A stretch of 64,000 nucleotides of DNA from Auanema rhodensis (GCA_964057225.1 OZ059896.1:18910001-18974000); one strand, 5' to 3'. Positions 42,984 through 57,500 are shown, counted from the stretch's first letter. The notes: generated from the sequence alone by a model not told the origin. A program made the numbers and translations.

Positions 42984-45513
42984 ATTGAAAAAAATACTAG
43001 CAATAAAACAAATGCAGTGATAATATTCTCGAAAATGTTCCTATTCAGAGTGAGAAAATATCTAAAATTTCCCAAAGGTTTTCTCATAAGGTACTAAAAT
43101 AAAAGTATTATTTCATATTATTATTTTTTCAGACCTAGAATGGATAAAAAAAAATCAACTACATTTTAGTGAGTTACTGGGTTGGGTTATACAAATTGTC
43201 TAATTAGAATGCGATTTACATGGCCTTGTGGCCTAATGGATAAGGCGTCGGACTTCGGATCCGAAGATTGTAGGTTCGAGTCCTGCCAGGGTCGTTATTT
43301 TTTGTTTTAAAAAAATCATTACCTGATAGTTTACATGTTTTATTCTGTATTATCTCATACAATTGAAAAAAATACTAGCAATAAAACAAATGCAGTGATA
43401 ATATTCTCGAGAGTGTTCCTATACCGAGTGAGAAAATATCAAAAATTTCCCGAAGGTTTTCTCATAAGGTACTAAAATAAAAGTATTATTTCATATTATT
43501 ATTTTTTCAGACCTAGAATCGATAAAAAAAATCAACTACATTTTAGTGAGTTACTGGGTTGGGTTATACAAATTGTCTAATTAGAATGCGATTTACATGG
43601 CCTTGTGGCCTAATGGATAAGGCGTCGGACTTCGGATCCGAAGATTGTAGGTTCGAGTCCTGCCAGGGTCGTTATTTTTTGTTTTAAAAAATCATTACCT
43701 GATAGTTTACATGTTTTATTCTGTATTATCTCATACAATTGAAAAAAATACTAGCAATGAAACAAATGCAGTGATAATATTCTCGAGAGTGTTCCTATAC
43801 CGAGTGAGAAAATATCAAAAATTTCCCGAAGGTTTTCTCATAAGGTACTAAAATAAAAGTATTATTTCATATTATTATTTTTTCAGACCTAGAATCGATA
43901 AAAAAAATCAACTACATTTTAGTGAGTTACTGGGTTGGGTTATACAAATTGTCTAATTTGAATGCGATTTAGATGGCCTTGTGGCCTAACGGATAAGGCG
44001 TCGGACTTCGGATCCGAAGATTGTAGGTTCGAGTCCTGCCAGGGTCGTTATTTTTTGTTTCAAAAAAATCATTACCTGATAGTTTACATGTTTTATTCTG
44101 TATTATCTCATACAACTGAAAAAAATACTAGCAATAAAACAAATGCAGTGATAATATTCTCGAAAATGTTAATATACCGAGTGAGAGAATATCTAAAATT
44201 TCCCGAAGGTTTTCTCATAAAGTACTAAAATAAAAGTATTATTTCATATTATTATTTTTTCAGACCTAGAATCGATAAAAAAAAATCAACTACATTTTAG
44301 TGAGTTACTGGGTTGGGTTATACAAATTGTCTAATTAGAATGCGATTTACATGGCCTTGTTGCCTAATGGATAAGGCGTCGGACTTCGGATCCGAAGATT
44401 GTAGGTTCGAGTCCTGCCAGGGTCGTTATTTTTTGTTTTAAAAAAATCATTACCTGATAGTTTACATGTTTTATTCTGTATTATTTCATACAATTGAAAA
44501 AAATACTAGCAATAAAACAAATGCAGTGATAATATTCTCGAGAGTGTTCCTATACCGAGTGAGAAAATATAAAAAATTTCCCGAAGGTTTTCTCATAAGG
44601 TACTAAAATAAAAGTATTATTTCATATTATTATTTTTTCAGACCTAGAATCGATAAAAAGAAATCAACTACATTTTAGTGAGTTACTGGGTTGGGTTATA
44701 CAAATTGTCTAATTTGAATGCGATTTAGATGGCCTTGTGGCCTAATGGATAAGGCGTCGGACTTCGGATCCGAAGATTGTAGGTTCGAGTCCTGCCAGGG
44801 TCGTTATTTTTTGTTTCAAAAAAATCATTACCTGATAGTTTACATGTTTTATTCTGTATTATCTCATACAATTGAAAAAAATACTAGCAATGAAACAAAT
44901 GCAGTGACAATATTCTCGAAAATGTTCCTATTCAGAGTGAGAAAATATCTAAAATTTCCCGAAGGTTTTCTCATAAGGTACTAAAATAAAAGTATTATTT
45001 CATATTATTATTTTTCAGACCTAGAATCGATAAAAAAAAATCAACTACATTTTAGTGAGTTACTGGGTTGGGTTATACAAATTGTCTAATTAGAATGCGA
45101 TTTACATGGCCTTGTGGCCTAATGGATAAGGCGTCGGACTTCGGATCCGAAGATTGTAGGTTCGAGTCCTGCCAGGGTCGTTATTTTTTGTTTTAAAAAA
45201 TCATTACCTGATAGTTTACATGTTTTATTCTGTATTATCTCATACAATTGAAAAAAATACTAGCAATAAAACAAATGCAGTGATAATATTCTCGAGAGTG
45301 TTCCTATACCGAGTGAGAAAATATCAAAAATTTCCCGAAGGTTTTCTCATAAGGTACTAAAATAAAAGTATTATTTCATATTATTATTTTTTCAGACCTA
45401 GAATCGATAAAAAAAATCAACTACATTTTAGTGAGTTACTGGGTTGGGTTATACAAATTGTCTAATTTGAATGCGATTTAGATGGCCTTGTGGCCTAATG
45501 GATAAGGCGTCGG
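42984..45513 (+). repeat. tRNA-Arg(TCG) tandem gene array, block 3 (6 complete copies plus 1 truncated)
   Basis: tRNA starts at about 43222, 43599, 43975, 44353, 44731, 45108 and 45484; carries private spacer variants. Confidence 0.95.
45484..45513 (+). pseudogene. Truncated tRNA-Arg (5' 30 nt only) at the array/satellite junction
   Basis: GGCCTTGTGGCCTAATGGATAAGGCGTCGG runs directly into satellite sequence TTGATATCTCGG. Confidence 0.9.
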
Positions 45514-48500
45514 TTGATATCTCGGTGCATTTTTAAGCTAGCGCAAATTTCATAACACAGATCGACGCAGCTTAAAAATCCGCATCGATTGCACTATACT
45601 ACATTGAGAAACGCTTAACACAAAAATTAGTTATGATCGTTTGAAAAATGATGCATTAGTGTATGTTGAGTTTCCATGTACACTCAACATTGCTTCCAAA
45701 AACATTTTGACAAAAATTTTTTCGAAAAATTTCAAAATAATTTAGCAAAAAGTAGATGTTTTAAGATTTCTTTTTCCAAGGCAAAGACGATGGACAATGT
45801 TATTCAACGAAAAAATTAATTCTTCAGGGTGAAAATCGAGGATATAAGTGTGAACTTATATCAGTTGATATCTCGGTGCATTTTTAAGCTAGCGCAAATC
45901 TCATAACACAGATCGACGCAGCTTAAAAATCCGCATCGAATGCACTATACTACATTGAGAAACGCTTAATACAAAAATTAGTTATGATCGTTTGAAAAAT
46001 GATGCATTAGTGTATGTTGAGTTTCCATGTACACTCAACATTGCTTCCAAAAACATTTTGACAAAAATTTTTTCGAAAAATTTCAAAATAATTTAGCGAA
46101 AAGTAGATGTTTTTAGATTCTTTTTTTCAAGGCAAAGACGATGGACAATGTTATTCGACGAAAAAATTAATTCTTCAGGGTGAAAATCGAGGATATAAGT
46201 GTGAACTTATATCAGTTGATATCTCGGTGCATTTTTAAGCTAGCGCAAATCTGATAACACAGATCGACGCAGCTTAAAAATCCGCATCGAATGCACTATA
46301 CTACATTCAGAAACGCTCAATACAAAAATTAGTTATGATCGTTTGAAAAATGATGCATTAGTGTATGTTCAGTTTCCATGTACACTCAACATTGCTTCCA
46401 AAAACATTTTGACAAAAATTTTTTCGAAAAATTTCGAAATAATTTAGCAAAAAGTAGATGTTTTTAGATTCCTTTTTTCAAGGCAAAGACGATTGACAAT
46501 GTTATTCAACGAAAAAAATAATTCTTCAGGGTGAAAATCGAGGATATAAGTGTGAACTTATATCAGTTTATATCTCGGTGCATTTTTAAGCTAGCGCAAA
46601 TCTGATAACACAGATCGACGCAGCTTAAAAATCCGCATCGAATGCACTATACTACATTGAGGAACGCTTAATACAAAAATTAGTTATGATCGTTTGAAAA
46701 ATGATGCATTAGTGTATGTTGAGTTTCCATGTACACTAAACATTGCTTCCAAAAACATTTTGACAAAAATTTTTTCGAAAAATTTCAAAATAATTTAGCG
46801 AAAAGTAGATGTTTTTAGATTCTTTTTTTCAAGGCAAAGACGATGGACAATGTTATTCAACGAAAAAATTAATTCTTCAAGGTGAAAATCGAGGATATAA
46901 GTGTGAACTTATATCAGTTGATATCTCGGTGCATTTTTAAGCTAGCGCAAATCTGATAACACAGATCGACGCAGCTTAAAAATCCGCATCGAATGCACTA
47001 TACTACATTGAGAAACGCTTAATACAAAAATTAGTTTATGATCGTTTGAAAAATGATGCATTAGTGTATGTTGAGTTTCCATGTACACTCAACATTGCTT
47101 CCAAAAACATTTTGACAAAAATTTTTTCGAAAAATTTCAAAATAATTTAGCGAAAAGTAGATGTTTTTAGATTCTTTTTTTCAAGGCAAAGACGATGGAC
47201 AATGTTATTCAACGAAAAAATTAATTCTTCAGGGTGAAAATCGAGGATATAAGTGTGAACTTATATCAGTTGATATCTCGGTGCATTTTTAAGCTAGCGC
47301 AAATCTCATAACACAGATCGACGCAGCTTAAAAATCCGCATCGAATGCACTATACTACATTGAGAAACGCTTAATACAAAAATTAGTTATGATCGTTTGA
47401 AAAATGATGCATTAGTGTATGTTGAGTTTCCATGTACACTCAACATTGCTTCCAAAAACATTTTGACAAAAATTTTTTCGAAAAATTTCAAAATAATTTA
47501 GCGAAAAGTAGATGTTTTTAGATTCTTTTTTTCAAGGCAAAGACGATGGACAATGTTATTCAACGAAAAAATTAATTCTTCAGGGTGAAAATCGAGGATA
47601 TAAGTGTGAACTTATATCAGTTGATATCTCGGTGCATTTTTAAGCTAGCGCAAATCTGATAACACAGATCGACGCAGCTTAAAAATCCGCATCGAATGCA
47701 CTATACTACATTGAGAAACGCTTAATACAAAAATTAGTTATGATCGTTTGAAAAATGATGCATTAGTGTATGTTCAGTTTCCATGTACACTCAACATTGC
47801 TTCCAAAAACATTTTGACAAAAATTTTTTCGAAAAATTTCATAATAATTTAGCAAAAAGTAGATGTTTTTAGATTCCTTTTTTCAAGGCAAAGACGATGG
47901 ACAATGTTATTCAACGAAAAAATTAATTCTTCAGGGTGAAAATCGAGGATATAAGTGTGAACTTATATCAGTTGATATCTCGGTGCATTTTTAAGCTAGC
48001 GCAAATCTCATAACACAGATCGACGCAGCTTAAAAATCCGCATCGAATGCACTATACTACATTGGAAAACGCTTAATACAAAAATTAGTTATGATCGTTT
48101 GAAAAATGATGCTTTAGTGTATGTTGAGTTTCCATGTAAACTCAACATTGCTTCAAAAAACATTTTGACAAAAATTTTTTCGAAAAATTTCATAATAATT
48201 TAGCAAAAAGTAGATGTTTTTAGATTCCTTTTCTCAAGGCAAAGACGATGGACAATGTTATTCAACGAAAAAATTAATTCTTCAGGGTGAAAATCGAGGA
48301 TATAAGTGTGAACTTATATCAGTTGATATCTCGGTGCATTTTTAAGCTAGCGCAAATCTCATAACACAGATCGACGCAGCTTAAAAATCCGCATCGAATG
48401 CACTATACTACATTGAGAAACGCTTAATACAAAAATTAGTTATGATCGTTTGAAAAATGATGCATTAGTGTATGTTGAGTTTCCATGTACACTCAACATT

Positions 48501-51500
48501 GCTTCCAAAAACATTTTGACAAAAATTTTTTCGAAAAATTTCAAAATAATTTAGCGAAAAGTAGATGTTTTTAGATTCTTTTTTTCAAGGCAAAGACGAT
48601 GGACAATGTTATTCAACGAAAAAATTAATTCTTCAGGGTGAAAATCGAGGATATAAGTGTGAACTTATATCAGTTGATATCTCGGTGCATTTTTAAGCTA
48701 ACGCAAATCTGATAACACAGATCGACGCAGCTTAAAAATCCGCATCGAATGCACTATACTACATTGAAAAACGCTTAATACAAAAATTAGTTATGATCGT
48801 TTGAAAAATGATGCATAGTGTATGTTGAGTTTCCATGTACACTCAACATTGCTTCCAAAAACATTTTGACAAAAATTTTTTCGAAAAATTTCAGAATAAT
48901 TTAGCAAAAAGTAGATGTTTTTAGATTCCTTTTCTCAAGGCAAAGACGATGGACAATGTTATTCGACGAAAAAATTAATTCTTCAGGGTGAAAATCGAGG
49001 ATATAAGTGTGAACTTATATCAGTTGATATCTCGGTGCATTTTTAAGCTAACGCAAATCTGATAACACAGATCGACGCAGCTTAAAAATCCGCATCGAAT
49101 GCACTATACTACATTGAAAAACGCTTAATACAAAAATTAGTTATGATCGTTTGAAAAATGATGCTTTAGTGTATGTTGAGTTTCCATGTAAACTCAACAT
49201 TGCTTCCAAAAACATTTTGACAAAAATTTTTTCGAAAAATTTCAAAATATTTTAGCAAAAAGTAGATGTTTTTAGATTCCTTTTCTCAAGGCAAAGACGA
49301 TGGACAATGTTATTCGACGAAAAAATGAATTCTTCAGGGTGAAAATCGAGGATATAAGTGTGAACTTATATCAGTTGATATCTCGGTGCATTTTCAAGCT
49401 AACGCAAATTTGATAACACAGATCGATGCAGCTTAAAAATCCGCATCGAATGCACTATACTACATTGAAAAACGCTTAATACAAAAATTAGTTATGATCG
49501 TTTGAAAAATGATGCTTTAGTGTATGTTGAGTTTCCATGTAAACTCAACATTGCTTCCAAAAACATTTTGACAAAAATTTTTTCGAAAAATTTCAAAATA
49601 TTTTAGCAAAAAGTAGATGTTTTTAGATTCCTTTTCTCAAGGCAAAGACGATGGACAATGTTATTCGACGAAAAAATTAATTCTTCAGGGTGAAAATCGA
49701 GGATATAAGTGTGAACTTATATCAGTTGATATCTCGGTGCATTTTTAAGCTAGCGCAAATCTCATAACACAGATCGACGCAGCTGAAAAATCCGCATCGA
49801 ATGCACTATACTACATTGAAAAACGCTTAATACAAAAATTAGTTATGATCGTTTGAAAAATGATGCTTTAGTGTATGTTGAGTTTCCATGTAAACTCAAC
49901 ATTGCTTCCAAAAACATTTTGACAAAAATTTTTTCGAAAAATTTCAGAATAATTTAGCAAAAAGTAGATCTTTTTAGATTCCTTTTTTCAAGGCAAAGAC
50001 GATGGACAATGTTATTCAACGAAAAAATTAATTCTTCAGGGTGAAAATCGAGGATATAAGTGTGAACTTATATCAGTTGATATCTCGGTGCATTTTTAAG
50101 CTAGCGCAAATCTCATAACACAGATCGACGCAGCTTAAAAATCCGCATCGAATGCACTATACTACATTGAAAAACGCTTAATACAAAAATTAGTTATGAT
50201 CGTTTGAAAAATGATGCTTTAGTGTATGTTGAGTTTCCATGTAAACTCAACATTGCTTCAAAAAACATTTTGACAAAAATTTTTTCGAAAAATTTCATAA
50301 TAATTTAGCAAAAAGTAGATGTTTTTAGATTCCTTTTCTCAAGGCAAAGCCGATGGACAATGTTATTCAACGAAAAAATTAATTCTTCAGGGTGAAAATC
50401 GAGGATATAAGTGTGAACTTATATCAGTTGATATCTCGGTGCATTTTTAAGCTAGCGCAAATCTCATAACACAGATCGACGCAGCTTAAAAATCCGCATC
50501 GAATGCACTATACTACATTGAGAAACGCTTAATACAAAAATTAGTTATGATCGTTTGAAAAATGATGCATTAGTGTATGTTGAGTTTCCATGTACACTCA
50601 ACATTGCTTCCAAAAACATTTTGACAAAAATTTTTTCGAAAAATTTCAAAATAATTTAGCGAAAAGTAGATGTTTTTAGATTCTTTTTTTCAAGGCAAAG
50701 ACGATGGACAATGTTATTCAACGAAAAAATTAATTCTTCAGGGTGAAAATCGAGGATATAAGTGTGAACTTATATCAGTTGATATCTCGGTGCATTTTTA
50801 AGCTAGCGCAAATCTGATAACACAGATCGACGCAGCTTAAAAATCCTCATCGAATGCACTATACTACATTGAGAAACGCTTAATACAAAAATTAGTTATG
50901 ATCGTTTGAAAAATGATGCATAGTGTATGTTGAGTTTCCATGTAAACTCAACATTGCTTCCAAAAACATTTTGACAAAAATTTTTTCGAAAAATTTCAAA
51001 ATAATTTAGCAAAAAGTAGATGTTTTAAGATTTCTTTTCTCAAGGCAAAGACGATGGACAATGTTATTCAACGAAAAAATTAATTCTTCAGGGTGAAAAT
51101 CGAGGATATAAGTGTGAACTTATATCAGTTGATATCTCGGTGCATTTTTAAGCTAGCGCAAATTTGATAACACAGATCGATGCAGCTTAAAAATCCGCAT
51201 CGAATGCACTATACTACATTGAAAAACGCTTAATACAAAAATTAGTTATGATCGTTTGAAAAATGATGCTTTAGTGTATGTTGAGTTTCCATGTAAACTC
51301 AACATTGCTTCCAAAAACATTTTGACAAAAATTTTTTCGAAAAATTTCAAAATATTTTAGCAAAAAGTAGATGTTTTTAGATTCCTTTTCTCAAGGCAAA
51401 GACGATGGACAATGTTATTCAACGAAAAAATTAATTCTTCAGGGTGAAAATCGAGGATATAAGTGTGAACTTATATCAGTTGATATCTCGGTGCATTTTT

Positions 51501-54500
51501 AAGCTAACGCAAATCTGATAACACAGATCGACGCAACTTAAAAATCCGCATCGAATGCACTATACTACATTGAGAAACGCTTAATACAAAAATTAGTTAT
51601 GATCGTTTGAAAAATGATGCATTAGTGTATGTTGAGTTTCCATGTACACTCAACATTGCTTCCAAAAACATTTTGACAAAAAGTTTTTCGAAAAATTTCA
51701 AAATAATTTAGCAAAAAGTAGATGTTTTTAGATTCCTTTTTTCAAGGCAAAGACGATGGACAATGTTATTCAATGAAAAAATTAATTCTTCAGGGTGAAA
51801 ATCGAGGATATAAGTGTGAACTTATATCAGTTGATATCTCGGTGCATTTTTAAGCTAGCGCAAATCTCATAACACAGAACGACGCAGCTTAAAAATCCGC
51901 ATCGAATGCACTATACTACATTGAAAAACGCTTAATACAAAAATTAGTTATGATCGTTTGAAAAATGATGCTTTAGTGTATGTTGAGTTTCCATGTAAAC
52001 TCAACATTGCTTCCAAAAACATTTTGACAAAAATTTTTTCGAAAAATTTCAAAATATTTTAGCAAAAAGTAAATGTTTTTAGATTCCTTTTCTCAAGGCA
52101 AAGACGATGGACAATGTTATTCAACGAAAAAATTAATTCTTCAGGGTGAAAATCGAGGATATAAGTGTGAACTTATATCAGTTGATATCTCGGTGCATTT
52201 TTAAGCTAACGCAAATCTGATAACACAGATCGACGCAGCTTAAAAATCCGCATCGAATGCACTATACTACATTGAGAAACGCTTAATACAAAAATTAGTT
52301 ATGATCGTTTGAAAAATGATGCATTAGTGTATGTTGAGTTTCCATGTACACTCAACATTGCTTCCAAAAACATTTTGACAAAAAGTTTTTCGAAAAATTT
52401 CAAAATAATTTAGCAAAAAGTAGATGTTTTTAGATTCCTTTTTTCAAGGCAAAGACGATGGACAATGTTATTCAATGAAAAAATTAATTCTTCAGGGTGA
52501 AAATCGAGGATATAAGTGTGAACTTATATCAGTTGATATCTCGGTGCATTTTTAAGCTAGCGCAAATCTGATAACACAGATCGACGCAGCTTAAAAATCC
52601 GCATCGAATGCACTATACTACATTGAGAAACGCTTAATACAAAAATTAGTTATGATCGTTTGAAAAATGATGCATTAGTGTATGTTGAGTTTCCATGTAC
52701 ACTCAACATTGCTTCCAAAAACATTTTGACAAAAATTTTTTCGAAAAATTTCAAAATAATTTAGCAAAAAGTAGATGTTTTTAGATTCCTTTTTTCAAGG
52801 CAAAGACGATGGACAATGTTATTCAATGAAAAAATTAATTCTTCAGGGTGAAAATCGAGGATATAAGTGTGAACTTATATCAGTTGATATCTCGGTGCAT
52901 TTTTAAGCTAGCGCAAATCTGATAACACAGATCGACGCAGCTTAAAAATCCGCATCGAATGCACTATACTACATTGAGAAACGCTTAATACAAAAATTAG
53001 TTATGATCGTTTGAAAAATGATGCATTAGTGTATGTTGAGTTTCCATGTACACTCAACATTGCTTCCAAAAACATTTTGACAAAAAGTTTTTCGAAAAAT
53101 TTCAAAATAATTTAGCAAAAAGTAGATGTTTTTAGATTCCTTTTTTCAAGGCAAAGACGATGGACAATGTTATTCAATGAAAAAATTAATTCTTCAGGGT
53201 GAAAATCGAGGATATAAGTGTGAACTTATATCAGTTGATATCTCGGTGCATTTTTAAGCTAGCGCAAATCTCATAACACAGAACGACGCAGCTTAAAAAT
53301 CCGCATCGAATGCACTATACTACATTGAAAAACGCTTAATACAAAAATTAGTTATGATCGTTTGAAAAATGATGCTTTAGTGTATGTTGAGTTTCCATGT
53401 AAACTCAACATTGCTTCCAAAAACATTTTGACAAAAATTTTTTCGAAAAATTTCAAAATATTTTAGCAAAAAGTAGATGTTTTTAGATTCCTTTTCTCAA
53501 GGCAAAGACGATGGACAATGTTATTCAACGAAAAAATTAATTCTTCAGGGTGAAAATCGAGGATATAAGTGTGAACTTATATCAGTTGATATCTCGGTGC
53601 ATTTTTAAGCTAACGCAAATCTGATAACACAGATCGACGCAGCTTAAAAATCCGCATCGAATGCACTATACTACATTGAGAAACGCTTAATACAAAAATT
53701 AGTTATGATCGTTTGAAAAATGATGCATTAGTGTATGTTGAGTTTCCATGTACACTCAACATTGCTTCCAAAAACATTTTGACAAAAAGTTTTTCGAAAA
53801 ATTTCAAAATAATTTAGCAAAAAGTAGATGTTTTTAGATTCCTTTTTTCAAGGCAAAGACGATGGACAATGTTATTCAATGAAAAAATTAATTCTTCAGG
53901 GTGAAAATCGAGGATATAAGTGTGAACTTATATCAGTTGATATCTCGGTGCATTTTTAAGCTAGCGCAAATCTCATAACACAGAACGACGCAGCTTAAAA
54001 ATCCGCATCGAATGCACTATACTACATTGAAAAACGCTTAATACAAAAATTAGTTATGATCGTTTGAAAAATGATGCTTTAGTGTATGTTGAGTTTCCAT
54101 GTAAACTCAACATTGCTTCCAAAAACATTTTGACAAAAATTTTTTCGAAAAATTTCAAAATATTTTAGCAAAAAGTAAATGTTTTTAGATTCCTTTTCTC
54201 AAGGCAAAGACGATGGACAATGTTATTCAACGAAAAAATTAATTCTTCAGGGTGAAAATCGAGGATATAAGTGTGAACTTATATCAGTTGATATCTCGGT
54301 GCATTTTTAAGCTAACGCAAATCTGATAACACAGATCGACGCAGCTTAAAAATCCGCATCGAATGCACTATACTACATTGAGAAACGCTTAATACAAAAA
54401 TTAGTTATGATCGTTTGAAAAATGATGCATTAGTGTATGTTGAGTTTCCATGTACACTCAACATTGCTTCCAAAAACATTTTGACAAAAAGTTTTTCGAA

Positions 54501-57500
54501 AAATTTCAAAATAATTTAGCAAAAAGTAGATGTTTTTAGATTCCTTTTTTCAAGGCAAAGACGATGGACAATGTTATTCAATGAAAAAATTAATTCTTCA
54601 GGGTGAAAATCGAGGATATAAGTGTGAACTTATATCAGTTGATATCTCGGTGCATTTTTAAGCTAGCGCAAATCTGATAACACAGATCGACGCAGCTTAA
54701 AAATCCGCATCGAATGCACTATACTACATTGAGAAACGCTTAATACAAAAATTAGTTATGATCGTTTGAAAAATGATGCATTAGTGTATGTTGAGTTTCC
54801 ATGTACACTCAACATTGCTTCCAAAAACATTTTGACAAAAATTTTTTCGAAAAATTTCAAAATAATTTAGCAAAAAGTAGATGTTTCTAGATTCCTTTTT
54901 TCAAGGCAAAGACGATGGACAATGTTATTCAATGAAAAAATTAATTCTTCAGGGTGAAAATCGAGGATATAAGTGTGAACTTATATCAGTTGATATCTCG
55001 GTGCATTTTTAAGCTAGCGCAAATCTGATAACACAGATCGACGCAGCTTAAAAATCCGCATCGAATGCACTATACTACATTGAGAAACGCTTAATACAAA
55101 AATTAGTTATGATCGTTTGAAAAATGATGCATTAGTGTATGTTGAGTTTCCATGTACACTCAACATTGCTTCCAAAAACATTTTGACAAAAAGTTTTTCG
55201 AAAAATTTCAAAATAATTTAGCAAAAAGTAGATGTTTTTAGATTCCTTTTTTCAAGGCAAAGACGATGGACAATGTTATTCAATGAAAAAATTAATTCTT
55301 CAGGGTGAAAATCGAGGATATAAGTGTGAACTTATATCAGTTGATATCTCGGTGCATTTTTAAGCTAGCGCAAATCTCATAACACAGAACGACGCAGCTT
55401 AAAAATCCGCATCGAATGCACTATACTACATTGAAAAACGCTTAATACAAAAATTAGTTATGATCGTTTGAAAAATGATGCTTTAGTGTATGTTGAGTTT
55501 CCATGTAAACTCAACATTGCTTCCAAAAACATTTTGACAAAAATTTTTTCGAAAAATTTCAAAATATTTTAGCAAAAAGTAGATGTTTTTAGATTCCTTT
55601 TCTCAAGGCAAAGACGATGGACAATGTTATTCAACGAAAAAATTAATTCTTCAGGGTGAAAATCGAGGATATAAGTGTGAACTTATATCAGTTGATATCT
55701 CGGTGCATTTTTAAGCTAACGCAAATCTGATAACACAGATCGACGCAGCTTAAAAATCCGCATCGAATGCACTATACTACATTGAGAAACGCTTAATACA
55801 AAAATTAGTTATGATCGTTTGAAAAATGATGCTTTAGTGTATGTTGAGTTTCCATGTAAACTCAACATTGCTTCCAAAAACATTTTGACAAAAATTTTTT
55901 CAAAAAATTTCAAAATATTTTAGCAAAAAGTAGATGTTTTTAGATTCCTTTTCTCAAGGCAAAGACGATGGACAATGTTATTCAACGAAAAAATTAATTC
56001 TTCAGGGTGAAAATCGAGGATATAAGTGTGAACTTATATCAGTTGATATCTCGGTGCATTTTTAAGCTAACGCAAATCTGATAACACAGATCGACGCAGC
56101 TTAAAAATCCGCATCGAATGCACTATACTACATTGAGAAACGCTTAATACAAAAATTAGTTATGATCGTTTGAAAAATGATGCATTAGTGTATGTTGAGT
56201 TTCCATGTACACTCAACATTGCTTCCAAAAACATTTTGACAAAAAGGTTTTTCGAAAAATTTCAAAATAATTTAGCAAAAAGTAGATGTTTTTAGATTCC
56301 TTTTTTCAAGGCAAAGACGATGGACAATGTTATTCAATGAAAAAATTAATTCTTCAGGGTGAAAATCGAGGATATAAGTGTGAACTTATATCAGTTGATA
56401 TCTCGGTGCATTTTTAAGCTAGCGCAAATCTGATAACACAGATCGACGCAGCTTAAAAATCCGCATCGAATGCACTATACTACATTGAGAAACGCTTAAT
56501 ACAAAAATTAGTTATGATCGTTTGAAAAATGATGCATTAGTGTATGTTGAGTTTCCATGTACACTCAACATTGCTTCCAAAAACATTTTGACAAAAATTT
56601 TTTCGAAAAATTTCAAAATAATTTAGCAAAAAGTAGATGTTTTTAGATTCCTTTTTTCAAGGCAAAGACGATGGACAATGTTATTCAATGAAAAAATTAA
56701 TTCTTCAGGGTGAAAATCGAGGATATAAGTGTGAACTTATATCAGTTGATATCTCGGTGCATTTTTAAGCTAGCGCAAATCTGATAACACAGATCGACGC
56801 AGCTTAAAAATCCGCATCGAATGCACTATACTACATTGAAAAACGCTTAATACAAAAATTAGTTATGATCGTTTGAAAAATGATGCATTAGTGTATGTTG
56901 AGTTTCCATGTACACTCAACATTGCTTCCAAAAACATTTTGACAAAAAGTTTTTCGAAAAATTTCAAAATAATTTAGCAAAAAGTAGATGTTTTTAGATT
57001 CCTTTTTTCAAGGCAAAGACGATGGACAATGTTATTCAATGAAAAAATTAATTCTTCAGGGTGAAAATCGAGGATATAAGTGTGAACTTATATCAGTTGA
57101 TATCTCGGTGCATTTTTAAGCTAGCGCAAATCTCATAACACAGAACGACGCAGCTTAAAAATCCGCATCGAATGCACTATACTACATTGAAAAACGCTTA
57201 ATACAAAAATTAGTTATGATCGTTTGAAAAATGATGCTTTAGTGTATGTTGAGTTTCCATGTAAACTCAACATTGCTTCCAAAAACATTTTGACAAAAAT
57301 TTTTTCGAAAAATTTCAAAATATTTTAGCAAAAAGTAGATGTTTTCAGATTCCTTTTCTCAAGGCAAAGACGATGGACAATGTTATTCAACGAAAAAATT
57401 AATTCTTCAGGGTGAAAATCGAGGATATAAGTGTGAACTTATATCAGTTGATATCTCGGTGCATTTTTAAGCTAACGCAAATCTGATAACACAGATCGAC

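Noticed and set aside
5679-44984. Repeated 62-112 aa ORFs (MRFxWPCGLMDKASDFGSEDC...)
   Set aside because: They are translations through the tRNA gene and spacer; most units carry a stop, and the frame opens only through incidental substitutions.
1-45513. CRISPR-like array (regular repeat plus spacer)
   Set aside because: Spacers are near-identical rather than unique, the unit is 377 bp, the conserved part is a tRNA, and there are no cas genes.
45519-45527. ATCTCGGTG in the satellite matches 9 nt of the tRNA-Gln 3' region / PBS complement
   Set aside because: Too short to exceed chance and no surrounding cloverleaf.
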